From the human T2T-CHM13v2.0 reference genome, Homo sapiens, in the NCBI RefSeq assembly GCF_009914755.1, contig NC_060934.1: a DNA stretch of 64,000 nt. One strand, given 5' to 3'. Made by a program: the position numbers and the translations under genes. Under the pieces are notes generated by a model that did no database searches, had not been told where the DNA came from, and saw only the letters and a list, made by a program, of their open reading frames with translations. Within the stretch, counting starts at the first letter, position 1, and each line of letters opens with the position of its first letter. Of this stretch, positions 1 to 14,005 are shown one piece after another.

Positions 1-22
1 TTCCTTGCCTTCTTTCTTACGT

Positions 23-204
23 TTTTCTTTTTCTTTTTTTTTGTTTTTTGTTTTTGAGTCAGTTCTGTCACCCAGGCTGGAGTGCAGTGGCCTGATCTGG
101 ACTCACTGCAGCCTTGAAACTTCTGAGCTCAAGGGATCCTCCCACCTCAGCCTCGCAAGTAGCTGGGATTACAAGCACGTGCCACCATGCCTGGCTTATT
201 AAAA

Positions 205-240
<36 letters not shown>

Positions 241-358
241 TGGAGATGGGGTCTCACTCTGCTACCCAGATTGGTCTCAAAGTCCTGGGCTCAAGTGATC
301 CTCCTGCCTTGACGTCCCAAGGTGCTGAGATCGCAGGTGTGAGCCACTGCACTTGGCA
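23..358 (-). mobile_element. Alu (AluJ-like), linker expanded to T31
   Basis: Antisense dimeric Alu; TSD ccttctttctt at 8-18 and 359-369; T31 at 209-239. Confidence 0.9.
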
Positions 359-691
359 CCTTCTTTCTTTAAATTATTTATATTGTATTTTTACATCTGC
401 AGCTGTACTTCCTCACTTATCCACTCATTCACCAACCCCTTTAGGACTTGTCTTTTGACCAACCATTGTACTGAAACTGTTTCTTTAAAGACTTGACAAT
501 GATTCTTGAGTTGCCAAACATCATAGCCTTTGCAGAATGCAGAGTCCCCATGACTGTTCTGAAACACTGGGCCCTGTTGACCACTTCTTGACCACCAACC
601 CCTTCTTAAAACTCAGCTTCTTTAATTATGACATTGCTTAAGTACATTTGCCTCCCTCCTTCCCTAGGGGATCTTTCTTTCTGTTTTGTCC

Positions 692-849
692 TTTTTTTTT
701 TTGAGTTGGAGCCTTGTTCTGTCGCCTGGGCTGGAGTGCAGTGGTGCAATGTCAGCTCACTGCAACCTCTGCTTCCTAGGTTCAAGCGATTCTCATGCCT
801 CAGCCTCCTGAGTAGCTGGGATTACAGGTGCACACCACCACGCCTAGCT

Positions 850-883
<34 letters not shown>

Positions 884-1001
884 TAGAGACGGGGCTTCGC
901 CATGTTGCCCAGGCTGGTCTTGAACTCCTGGCCTCAAGTGATCCACCCACCTTGGCCTCCTAAAGTGCTGGGATTATAGGTGTGAGCCACTGCATCTGGC
1001 C
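692..1001 (-). mobile_element. Alu (AluS/J), linker expanded to T30
   Basis: Antisense Alu; T30 at 852-881. Confidence 0.9.
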
Positions 1002-1041
1002 TGGGATTCTTTCTTACCTCCTTTGCTGACTTCTTCCTCCT

Positions 1042-1455
1042 CGTGTTAGTCTGTTCTCACACTGCTATAAAGAACTACCTGAGACTGGGTAACTTATAAG
1101 AAAAGATGTTTAATTGGTTCATGGTTCTGCAGGCTGTACTGCAAACATAGAGGCTTCTGCTTCTGGGGATGCCTCAGAAAGCTTCCAATCATGGCAGAAG
1201 GAGGAGCAAAGTGTCTCACATGCTCCTCAGGAGCAGGAGCCGGAGCGTGAGTGAAGGAGGAGATGCTGCACGCTTCTAACAACCAGATCTCACGAGAACT
1301 CACTATGAGGAGAACAACACCAGTGGCATGGTGCAGAACCATTCATGAGAAACCGCCCTCCATGATCCAATCACCTCCCACCAGGCCCCACCTCCAACAC
1401 TGGGGACCACAATCCAACATGAGATTTGGTGAGGACACGGATCCAACCCCTATCA
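1042..1455 (-). mobile_element. MSTA-like MaLR solo LTR
   Basis: Reverse complement starts TGATAGGGGTTGGATCCGTGTCCTCACCAAATCTCATG (MST start); 5-bp TSD ctcct at 1037-1041 and 1456-1460. Confidence 0.88.
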
Positions 1456-1460
1456 CTCCT

Positions 1461-1774
1461 ATTTTTTTCTTTTTTCTTTTTCTTTTTATTTTTTGAGATG
1501 GAGTCTCACTCTGTTGCCCAGGCTGTAGCGTAGTGGCACGATCTTGGCTCACTGCAACCTCTGCTGCCCAGGTTCAAGCGATTCTCCTGCCTCAGCCTCG
1601 CAAGTAGCTGAGATTACAGGGTCCTGCCACCGGGCCCGGCTAATTTTTATATTTTTAGTAGAGATGGGGTTTCACCATGTTGGCCAGGCTGATCTTGAAC
1701 TCCTGACCTTGTGATCCACCCGCCTTGGCCTCCTAAGGTGCTGGGATTACAGGTGTGAGCCACCACACCCAGCC
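1461..1774 (-). mobile_element. AluS
   Basis: Full antisense Alu; TSD atcactcct(a/g)ttt at 1452-1464 and 1775-1787. Confidence 0.92.
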
Positions 1775-1932
1775 ATCACTCCTGTTTCTTAGCTGGGGAC
1801 ATTTAAAACAATTTGATATCCTGTCTCCTTTGCTTTCCAAATGTCCATCTCTGGAATCCCCCTTGGTTTGTCTCTCACTTTAATTTGGAGGACGTCCAGG
1901 GCAAAATCTCCAGCCTTCATGTCTCTCTAAAG

Positions 1933-2708
1933 CAGTGGTCTCCAAAGTGGGTAGACAAGATGGTCCATTGGGATGCAGAAAGAAAATGGTAGCACTTCCA
2001 CTTATAATTTGATCTTTTAGAATGAGGAGGAAGTTAAGAATCATGAGTATTGTTTTGGATTGACAGTTTGTCAGGCAGACAGTCACAAGCCTGTGACTCA
2101 TTCCCAGGGACCCGTGGACCCCCCAAGAATTCGCGCTCCTCTGCCTTGAGCTTAAGAAGACAGTGGTGGTTTGCATGTGGCTGGTTAAATGGATTTGTGG
2201 GTTGTATCCCCTAGTGTTACCTAAACCAACCTTCACAAAATAGACCAAGAATTTAAGAAGATTCCTGGAAGGAAACCATGGCTTGAAGATAATATTAAAA
2301 ATGCAAGCGCAAGCACACAAGAGGATAATGAAAGAGCTCAGATTTCTGCTCCTGGGAGTTCTTTGTCAGTCATGTTACAAGGATAAAACAATTTAGTAAC
2401 AATACAAATACAAATGAAATATTCAGTTTCATTGATCTCACTTAAAATACTCTCTTATTCATAACATTTTTCTAGTGAAAGCAAAAATGTGAACTGCATT
2501 GTTCCTAAGTAAAATAGTTTATTTATGTTGTTTCTTTGATCGAATTATTTAAAGTTTTAAGGCTGTGTAAGTTTTAAATTTACATAAGATATGAGTGCAG
2601 TGGTATCTCTGTTATAATTTATAAATTAATGTATCTATTTTGGGGGTTTTGTACCTGAGTATTTTGTACTGAAGGGGGCACATAGTTAACACAGTTTGGA
2701 GACTATTA
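1933..2708. mobile_element. hAT-Charlie-type DNA transposon remnant
   Basis: Left TIR cagtggtctccaaa, degenerate right TIR tttggagactatta; flanks ctctaaag and ttctagag resemble the Charlie NTCTAGAN target. Confidence 0.55.
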
Positions 2709-2716
2709 TTCTAGAG

Positions 2717-3190
2717 CAGTGGTCCCCAACCCTCTTGGAACCAGGGATTGCCTACATGGATGACAGTTTTTCCACTGACCGGAGGAGGGGGAGGGTGATG
2801 ATATCAGGATGATTCATGTGCATTACATTTATTGTGTACTTTATTATTATTATTATTACATTATAATATATAATGAAATAATTCTACAACTCACCATGAT
2901 GTAGCATCAGTGGGAGCCCTGAGCTTGTTTTCCTGTAACTAGATGGTCCTACTTGGGGGTGATGGGAGATGGTGACAGATCATCAGGCATTAGATTTTCA
3001 TAAGGAACACACAACCTAGGTTCCTTGCATACACAGTTCACAATAGGGTTCATGCTCCTATGAGAATCTTTTGCCACCAATGATCTGACAAGAGGCAGAG
3101 CTCAGGCGGGAATGCTCACTTGCCTACCACTCACCTTCCTGGTGTGCGGCCCGGTTCCACGGCCTGGTACTGCCGTTCTGGAGACTCGGC
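2717..3190 (-). mobile_element. MER1A (hAT-Charlie non-autonomous)
   Basis: TIR cagtggtccccaacc; core gacagatcatcaggcattagatt...cagttcacaatagggttc; second copy at 35702-36225. Confidence 0.85.
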
Positions 3191-4351
3191 TCTGTATTTC
3201 TAGAGCTTTGTAGACAAATCCATGCTGGTGTCTGGCTTGGTCCTGTGCATGTCAGTCAGTGAGCACACCTGCATGCCGTCTATCTCAGAATGGAGAGCTG
3301 GAGTGTCTGGCAGAAAAGGAACCACATCTCTGCGAGTGACACAGAGCCCCAAAACCCAGCCTGGGGAAAGGGGTGGAGAGAGGCCGTGGAACCAGTTCCA
3401 GAACACTTTCACGTGCATCTTGGTTTCTAGCACGGACTGGGATGCCTTTGTTAATATGTGCCAGGCTGGGGCACTTGCAGGAGGTGACGGCCACCTTGAC
3501 TCTGTATGCTGAAGCCCTCTGGTCACTCACCCATGTATGCTGCAGTCCCCCCGGCCAATAACACAAGCCAGGACAAGCCCAGGGGAGGTCCCCGGACACA
3601 CAGCGAAAATTCCTGGCTGGTTCTGTATGTCGCCGTGTTGGGTTCCCAGCCCAGTTCCAGCTCTAGGCTTGCAGGTCTCTCACTAGGAACTATGCCTCCA
3701 GCCCTTTGGTGGATTAACACCTGCCACCTCCAGTTCTGAATCTGACCTCTCCCTCTAGGCCTCCAGCCTGGATCTACCCAGTTCTGGATTCAGATCGTTA
3801 CAGGCCCAAAGCACTGAAACATTGCAGAGCACATTGCTTTTCTTCTTTATTTAAAGAACTAAATTAAGCATTTTAAACCATATAATAAATGTAAAGAGAT
3901 CCAACAAAGTTCTGTTTCTGCCATTATTACTATATCATGGCTATTTCGGAATGATCAAATAGGAGATTTTTTTTTGTTTTCAAAAAGTCTCTGTCTTTCT
4001 CTTTTGTTGTCTGTATTTTGCTGCTAAGCCACCAGTTCTCGATTGGTTCACTCCCTCTTCCTGCTACAGATTGTCTTAGGGGTTCTATTCATGAGACTTC
4101 TGGAGACCTAAACCCCACTCCGGCCAATGCCCCATAACGGGGTATGATGCTTGGCTGACATCGTTAACTCAGCCCCTCCAAGATTATGCCCATTTTCCTC
4201 CTTCCCCACCCACGTGGTGTCCTCCTTGTTACCTTTGCTAATGTCATTCCCAGGATCCCAGTTATCTACGTAAAAAATCAAAGATGGAATCTCCACCTAT
4301 TCATCCAATCATCCATGCAGTCAACAAATTGGTATTCAATGCTAACAGTAA

Positions 4352-5102
<751 letters not shown>

Positions 5103-5299
5103 GACCGATGACCCACTTTTAACAGCTGAGAAACCTGACCATTGCAGAGGTGAGTTGACCTCCACAGGGCCACCCAGGGAGTAAGTAGCCAAGTGGAAGT
5201 TACTTTACCTCTGTGATGATTTGCACCAGTTCAGTTTGACTTTAGAGACAACAAGCTGAAGCTCTACACTCGATTGACTGTTTTCAGGTGCTATGTGAA

Positions 5300-6140
5300 C
5301 ACGGTGGGTAGAGACGCATAGCACATGAGCCCTGTGCTGGGGAATGTGCAGTCTAGTGGGTGCCCAGAGGCACGAGCAGAAGACAGCAGCCCTTTAAGAA
5401 GTGCCATATGCTTCAAGGGCATAGGGAAGTGTGTCTGCTCCAGGGAAGGGGCTTTCACCGAGAAATTGAACAGAGCTTCAAAGAGCAAGAAACAATTGGC
5501 TGGGTGGGTGTGGGAGCGCGAGGAGTCCTCGGAAGGCGCCTGAGTGAGGCTGTGGGTGTGGAACAGCATGGTATGGGCAGGGAACAGCATCGTGGCTGAT
5601 GCAGGATGAGGGGAGCATTCCTCTTCTTGTTGCACTTCCTGGGTCTGCAGTTACAGAGTCCTGCATAGCATTCCTCATATCTTTCCCTTCCTTTCCTTTC
5701 CTTCTTCTGAATCCTGTGTTGGGCCCCCTGGCCTTATCTCTGGACAGTTGCAGCAGCCTTTTCTCTCCACTTCTTCTCATCCATCATGTATTACTTAAGC
5801 CAATTTAATCATGTAGCTTTCTTTGATCATCTTGTTCTCTCCATTAAAGAGTGGCTCTCCATTGCCTTTGGAATGTGGTCAGACCATTGAGTCTGGTGCT
5901 CCAGGCCTTCTGTATTTGGGGGTCAGTCTGTGTTTCCTGCTGGATCTTTCATGATGTGTCTGTCTCTTCCCACTGGAGCAAACAAAAATAACTTTCTCTT
6001 CTCTCCATCTACTACTCTTTTTCCCTGTACCCTTTTCTTTCCCTACCTGTCAAAAATCTTGACCATCTCTCAAGCTCGCTCCAGTGTTACGCAAACATGA
6101 AGCCTTCCGGACCAGACCAGTCACAATTGTCTCTCTGTGC
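5300..6140. mobile_element. L2 LINE fragments
   Basis: Degenerate L2-like stretches (gagccctgtgctgggg..., tggctctccattgcc...ccaggccttc). Confidence 0.45.
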
Positions 6141-7280
6141 TCTTAGATGCCTTCACTGTGATGGGGACCGTGGGCTGCACCACCCTTGTCATGGTTCACA
6201 CTTCTTAAGCGAGAGGTCGGATCTCTTCTCTGGATCTGTCTCCATGAGTTCCCACCAAGATAGGTTGGAGATTCACGGAGTGGCTTTGAGTTTCAAAAGC
6301 CAGTTTTGAACCTGCTTGTTGCCCTGGCTCAGGTGGAATTCTTTAGAAAAGTGTCCACTCTCAGCCAGGGTGGAATCCTTTAGGAGAGTGTCTGCTCTAA
6401 GCTTTTTCCCTTGGCCTCCACTGGGGCGTTTTTCCTTCAGCAGAAAACCCATGATGCCATCTCCTCTGGGGAGGAAAATACTGCTCTGTGGAACCTCGCA
6501 GGGCCTTTCGGCACAGCCAGAATTCCCTGGTGAGAGGTTTCCTAAAGGGTTAGTCATTCAGACCTGGCTGTGTGAGCCAGATCTGTCCTGTCTTGAGATA
6601 ATTCTTAAGGCTACGATTTGCTCGTCAACATCATCTGTAACTAGTTTCACTAACAGATGTTTAGGAATTGGGCATCTAGGCTGTACCAATGTATTTGGAC
6701 TAAAATATGCCCCTCCCTCCCTTCCTTCCTTTTTTTTTTTTTTTTTTTTAATATAGCTTTAATGGGAGACTGGAGCCTGCTGTTTCTCACCCCTTGTCTC
6801 CCGGGTGACAGTATTTGGTGTACAAAGCTAGTGACTCTGCAATTGTTGAATTAGCTACAGATTAACTCCTCTGAGAACTTGGTTTCCGATGAGAGTGAAA
6901 CATGTACTTTGTATGCAGAACTCTTACTCTTCAAACAGGACTTATTAACTAGAAGAAACTTCACTTTGTACTTGAAAAATGGAATGTAAATCATAAAAGA
7001 TTGTACCATTTAAGCCCCACTAGAAAGAGAAAAACAGAAGTCATGGAGAACCACATCCTGTTCATATGGACCCCAGCCTAAGAAGAATGCAGGAGTGTGT
7101 GGAGAGGGTCCTATGGGGAACCCCAGGAATGGCCAATGGTGGGAAATTAGGTTCTGGGAAATGTGTGTATTGTTTTGAAAAGTATTATTTTACCTGGAGA
7201 AATTGAACAACTGACATCAGCTAACATATATTTATTATTGTGTTGAATGGCCAGCATTCTGTGGGGGCATTGTGCTTTTT

Positions 7281-9148
7281 TCCTTTATTTTATTTTCATA
7301 GGTTTGGGGGAACAGGTGGTGTTTGGCTACATGAATAAGTTCTTTAGTGGTGATTTGTGAGATTTTGGTGCACCCATCATCTGAGCAGTGTACACTGTAC
7401 CCAGTGTGCAGTGTTTTATCCCTTACCCATCCCCACCCTTTCCCCCAAGTCTCCAGAGTCCATTGTGTCATTCTTATGCCTTTGCATCCTCATAGCTTAG
7501 CTCCCACTTATGAGTGAGAACATACGATGTTTGGTTTTCCATTCCTGAGTTACTTCACTTAGTATTATGGTCTCCAGTTCCATCCAGGTTGCTGCAAATG
7601 CCATTATTTCATTCCTTTTTATGGCTGAGTAGTATTCCATGGTATATATATACCACGATTTCCTTATCCACTCGTTGATTGATGGGCATTTGAGCTGGTT
7701 CCATATTTTTGCAATTGTGAATTGTGCTGCTATAAACATGCATGTGCAAGTATGTTTTTTGTACAATGACTTCTTTTTTTCTGGGTAGATATCCAGTAGT
7801 GGGATTGCTGGATCAAACAGTAGATCTACTTTTAGTTGTTCAGGGAATCTCCACACTGTTTTCCATAGCGGTTTTACTTGTTTACATTTCCACCAGCAGT
7901 GTAGAAGTGTTCCCTTTTCACCGCATCCCCACCAACATCTACTGTTTTTTGATTTTTTGATTATGGCCATTCTTGCAGGAGTGAAGTGGTATCACACTGT
8001 GGTTTTGATTTACATTTCCCTGATCATTAATGATATTGAACATTTTTTTCCTATGTTTGTTGGCCATTTGTATACCTTCTTTTGAGAATTGTCTATTCAT
8101 GTCCTTAGCCCACTTTTTGATGGGATTGTATTTCTTTGTTGCTGATTTGTTTGAGTTCCTTGCAGATTCTGGATTTTAGTCCTTTGTAAGATGTATAGAT
8201 GGTGAAGCTTTTCTCCCACTCTGAGGGTTGTCTGTTTACTCTGCTGATTATTTCTTTTACTGAGCAGAAGCTTTTTAGTTTAATCAAGTCCCATCTATTT
8301 ATCTTTGTTTTTGTTGCATTTGCTTTTGGGTTCTTGCTCATGAAGTCTTTGCTTAAGCCAATGTCTAGAGGGGTTTTTTTGATGTTATTTTCTAGAATTT
8401 TTATGGTTTCAGGTCTTAGATGTGAGTCCTTGATCCATCTTGAGTTGATTTTTGTATAAAGCGAGGGATGAGGATCTAGTTTCATTCTTCTACATGTGGC
8501 TAACCAATTATCCTAGCACATTTGTTGAATAGGCTGTCATTTCCCCACTTTATGTTTTTGTTAGCTTTGTCGAAGATCAGTGGCTGTAAGTATTTGGCTT
8601 TATTTCTGGGTTTTCTATTCTGTTTCATTGGTCTATGTGCCTATTTTTATACCAGTACCATGCTGTTTGGGTGACTATGGCCTTATAGTATAGTTTGAAG
8701 TCAGATAAAATGATGCCTCCAGATTTATTCCTTTTTCTTAGTCTTGCTTTGGCTATGTGGACTCTTTTTTGGTGCCATATGAATTTTTAGGATTGTTTTT
8801 CTAGTTCTGTGAATAATGATGGTGGTATTTTGATGGGAATTGCATGCTTTTGGCAGTATGATCATTTTCATAATATTGATTCTACCTATCCATGAGCATG
8901 GGGGTGTTTCCATTTGTTTGTGTCATCTACGATTTCTTTTAGCAGTGTCTTGTAGTTTTTCTTGTAGAGGTCTTTTACCTCCTTGGTTAGGTATATTACC
9001 AAATATTTTATTTTTTTGCAGCTATTATAAAAGGGGTTGAGTTCTTGATTTGATTCTCAGCTTGGTCACTGTTGGTGTATAGCAGAGCTACTGATTTGTG
9101 TACATTAATTTTGTATCCTGAAACTTTGCTGAATTCATTTATCAGAAG
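7281..9148 (-). mobile_element. 5'-truncated L1 (L1PB-like): 3' ORF2 and 3'UTR
   Basis: Minus ORFs 7497-7970 (…WYIYTMEYYSAIKRNEIMAFAATWMELE…) and 8105-8485 are L1 ORF2p C-terminal pieces; TSD tgtgcttttt at 7271-7280 and 9149-9158. Confidence 0.95.
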
Positions 9149-9347
9149 TGTGCTTTTTAATTTTAAGTCCTTGAAGAATTAGAACAATAATCCATCTCTT
9201 TTACTTTTTAGTGAAGACAGTGAGTCCCAGGAAAATTAAACACCCACTGTTTACCACAAAGTCATTGGCTGAGCTAGGATCAGCACATGGTAGTCCAGGA
9301 TGCAGAAGTCCTAGATGAAATTTAAGTTGGATAAAAACAATTTTTTT

Positions 9348-9505
9348 GCTGGGCACAGTGGCTCACGCCTGTAATCCCAGCACTTTGAGAGGCCAAGGCT
9401 GGAGGATCACTTGAGCCCAGGAGTTGAGGACCAGCCTAGGCAACATGCAAGACTCCCATCTGTGAAAGAACGAGATTCTGTCTCAAAAACAAAAACAAAA
9501 GAAAC
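9348..9505 (+). mobile_element. Alu monomer (FLAM-like or deleted AluJ)
   Basis: Left-arm Alu with A-rich tail, flanked by aacaatttttt. Confidence 0.8.
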
Positions 9506-9876
9506 AAGCCCAACAATTTTTTATCAGGGGAAGATTATCTAGTATTGGAATGAGGAACTATAGTGTCTTGTTTGGAGAACTTGGAAAATACATCTGTACA
9601 GGGACAGTTGTAGCTCTATCTAGAGAAGGCAATGGATGGGCTGATTTCCCAAGCTCTTCTGCTGGGATGGTTCCAATGATATGAGTTTGGTTTTTCCTTA
9701 GTGTGTGACGTAAAAGAAATTGTCCTGGCAAACATATGGTTTGATACTCGTCATTGTTAAAATAGCATATCCCATTTTTAGTCAGCTATGTTTTAGGATA
9801 AACAGCAAAGATGATGCTTTTTTCTTAATAGGAAAATCCCTTAAATTTGATCAGACGTTGTCTGTCAAATGAGTGA

Positions 9877-10288
<412 letters not shown>

Positions 10289-10928
10289 GTGTTTTAATCT
10301 TTTTGAGGCCTGTGTGAGTGTAATTGTACTAGCCAGATTTAGGATAATCAGGACATGACAATAGCCAAGTTGCCTGTCAGCACTCTGGGATGGTTTTTAT
10401 GTGTCTTCAGTGTAAACAGTTTCTTCACCCTGGGAGCACCTATATTCCTTTTTATCTTTGCATGCTTAGAGAGCAGGAAGTTGAACTTGATTATCCCAGG
10501 TTCTGGTTAATGTCTTGTGAGTGCAGATTCTTAAAGTGATGCCTGAACCCTAAGACTTGTGTGAGTACTTAACTGACAAGCTAACAAGGGTATATTGATT
10601 TTATTTGGAAAAGTAGCAATACATTTTAAGGGATAATTAAGGATAAGTAAAATGTGATTCTCCAGGAAGAGAAAATTGGATTTCCCCACTAAAGCCATTG
10701 AGGTCATCGTCTAAGACGTAGGCCATAAATGTGTGATGACTCGGAGGAGGAGAGATAATGACCATGCTGGTGATGATGGTGATAATGGTCATAGCATATT
10801 CTACTTGTTGACTACACATATTTCTGTTGCTGTGCATATTTTTTCTCAGACTTTATAACAACACAAAGAGGTGGGTATCAAGGATCCAATTTACTGAAGA
10901 GGGATCTGAGACTCAGAAAGGCCCAGTA

Positions 10929-11224
10929 GGCTGGGCGTGGTGGCTCTCGCCTGTAATCCCAGCACTTTGGGAGGCCAAGGCAGGCAGATGGCTTGAGTCC
11001 TGGAGTTTGAGACCAGCCTGGGCAACATGGCAAAACCACAGCTCTACAAAAAATACAGAAATTAGCCGGGCGTGGTGGCGTGCATTTGTGGTCCCAACTA
11101 TTAGGAAGGCTGAGGTGGGAGGGTAGCTTGAGCCCGGGAGGTCAAAGCTGCAGTGAGCAATGATCATGCTACTGCACTCCAGCCTGGGTGACAGAGCAAG
11201 ACCTTGTCCAAAGAAAAAAGAAAA
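10929..11224 (+). mobile_element. AluJ inserted in MIR
   Basis: Perfect 14-bp TSD agaaaggcccagta at 10915-10928 and 11225-11238. Confidence 0.92.
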
Positions 11225-11582
11225 AGAAAGGCCCAGTAGCTTGCCAAAACTGAAATTAAAATCGAGGTTCCTTGAATTGAAGCCTTTTTTTGGAATATCA
11301 CATTGCTTCCTAATACAAACATGCTTTACAATTCCTGCATTTAAAAAAGCTAACCAACAAAAATAAGCGAGTCACATATAGATTTAAAAGACTACCAGGA
11401 ACATTTGGACTGCTGGGCAGCTAGGTTATGTCCTGATCATGTCAGTCATTAGGCTGGGAGCTAATGTTCAGATCAAACATGTTGCCTCCCCTACAAAGAG
11501 GTCTGTTGAGGATAAGCCCTCGCTGAGAAATTCTTCACAGCTCAGCCAGGCTTTCTTGGAATAATTGGAGATTGAAGCTGGT

Positions 11583-11745
11583 AGTTCCTGAAATTTAAGG
11601 TCATCAGAACCACCCAGAGGGCTTGTGAAAATGCAGATTGCTGGGCCCCGTCCCCAGATGCTGGGGCCTGAGACTCTGCATTTCTGGCACTCAGTGATGC
11701 CGGGCCTACTGGCCTGGAGGCCACACATTGAAAAATATGGATTTA
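11583..11745. mobile_element. MER5A (hAT-Charlie)
   Basis: catcagaaccacc...gcttgtgaaaatgcagattgctgggcccc...ctgcattt signature. Confidence 0.75.
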
Positions 11746-11840
11746 AGCTGCCTCCGCCTGGGGTCTCCATTCTGACCCTGTAGTTGTTTCTCAAATGCAA
11801 TGACCAAGTACAGTTCCTAGGAGGGCTCAGTCTGGACCAC

Positions 11841-12201
11841 TGTATTTGTCCGTTTTCACGCTGCTGATAAAGATATACTCGAGACTGGATAATTTATAAA
11901 GAAAAAGAGGTTTAATAGACTCACAGTTCTACATGGCTAGAGAGACCTCACAATCATGGGAGAAGGTGAATGGCACATCTTACATGGTGGCAAACAAGAG
12001 AGAATGAGAGCCAAGTGAAAGGGGTTTCCTTTTATAAAACCATTAGATCTCATGAGTCTGATTCACTACCACGAGAACAGTATGGGGGAAACCACCCCAT
12101 GATTCAATTATCTCCCACTGGGTCCCTCCCACAACACGTGGGAATTATGGGAGCTACAATGCAAGATGAGATTTGGGTGGGGACACAGCCAAACCACGTC
12201 A
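11841..12201 (-). mobile_element. THE1 (B/C-like) MaLR solo LTR
   Basis: tgtatttgtccgttttcacgctgctgataaag ... gagatttgggtggggacacagccaaacc; TSD accac/atcac. Confidence 0.93.
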
Positions 12202-12664
12202 ATCACTAAAGCCAGTCTTCAGTGACCTGCCATCTCGATCCTTCGGACACTCCATGGAGGCTTCTGGACGCAGCATCTGTGCTGCTCAGGGCCGTTCCTC
12301 TTCTCATTGGCTGATGTGCTCTGTGGCATCTGTCACAGGTTTTAATTGAAGGTCAGCAGTGGCAGGTAAGCCACCAGCATCATCAGCTTCTTTCAGCCTT
12401 TTGGAACAAGAGTGAAATTGGCCAAGGTCACTGCTATGACAAACGGTTGCTTGGATGGAGCCCTTCCGAGCATAGGTATTTATAGATCCAAACATTTATG
12501 GAAGCCCCACCATGAATTAATGCACAGTGGCGTTCTCCCACCAAACCTGGAGAAAGTCTTCCAAACATTTTTGGAAAACATTTTAAATATTTAAAAAATT
12601 GTTTCTATTCTGTTTCTTAGTAACAGCAGTCTAACACAAAACTATAGCATTTCTGTCATGGCTA

Positions 12665-12913
<249 letters not shown>

Positions 12914-13849
12914 TTAGGAAATCTACTCCTTTGTTAAAAACAATACCCATTCTCCAAAACTAGTACTGAGAGAAGATCCAGGATTAGCCTGACCCACAGC
13001 CCACCTGCAGCCTTGAGAGTAAGTTGCTGTGTCCCGAGCTGCAGAGAACCGCCACCCTCCTGCTGCCCCCTCACCAGACCTAGGCTGTTGCTCACCTCTT
13101 GTCTGTTGTTAAAATCATTTCATGAAAGAAAAAAAACAACAAAAAACTTAAAATCATAAAAAATACGGGATGGATGTAATCTCATAAAAAAGAGCAGTCT
13201 TTTAAGTAAATAAATGAAAGCAAACCTCCAAGTCCCTCATGTTCCCATACTTATTTTTTTGATTTCATCACTGACAGGTGAGAACTTGTCTGGCCTGGGA
13301 GCGGCTTTGGAGAAGTGCTTTTCTAGGTTGCTTCTCCTGCTGATAAGGACCATGACTCACAGGAAGGCTGCTCTGAAACCCCTTACAGGAGAATGGGGAC
13401 CATGGTTGTGTTTTCTTGGTTACCTCTCACTCGGGGCATCTTCCCATTAGCGGTTTTGACTTAATTCACTCTGGGCTTGAGGCTCCTCCTTGGTAAGTTG
13501 GATAGTTGGAAATGATCTCTGAGTCCCATGCTCTGGTTTCATGGGTTCCTTTCCTTTTAAGGGAAAACAAACTTCTCTGCAATGTTAAGAGAGGTTGTGA
13601 TGGTAAATAACCGAAAATTAATAAGCAATGACTGAGGAGTAGCCAGCCCACGATCGCTTTCCTAGAATATACTCTGACTCCCAAAATAAGCAGGCACAGA
13701 CAACAGTGTGGAGCCCCTCTCATCATATCCCGCATGCAAAATTCAGGGAGACTTGGAGCTCAAAACGCATTGACTTCTTAGTTGTCTCCATTTGTTCTGG
13801 GTTAGGTGATGGATCCACAGTGACTTAGCAGCTTTGATGACAGCCGGGG

Positions 13850-14005
13850 CTTCTGGAGGCTTGGCGGCATGTTAAAACCACCTGGGTCTATTCCAGATGG
13901 ATTAAATCAGGCTCTCTGGGACTGGGGTCCAGACATCATTAAAAAAAAAAAAAAAGTCTCCCCAGGTGGCTTCATATGCAGCCCGAGTTGAGATTTATTG
14001 GACCA
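13850..14005. mobile_element. MER5-like DNA transposon remnant
   Basis: ttaaatcaggctctctgggactgggg...tccccaggtggcttcatatgcagcc. Confidence 0.55.

Noticed and set aside
7497-8485. ORFs with real protein similarity
   Set aside because: Frameshifted L1 ORF2p fragments of a dead, truncated L1, not a host gene
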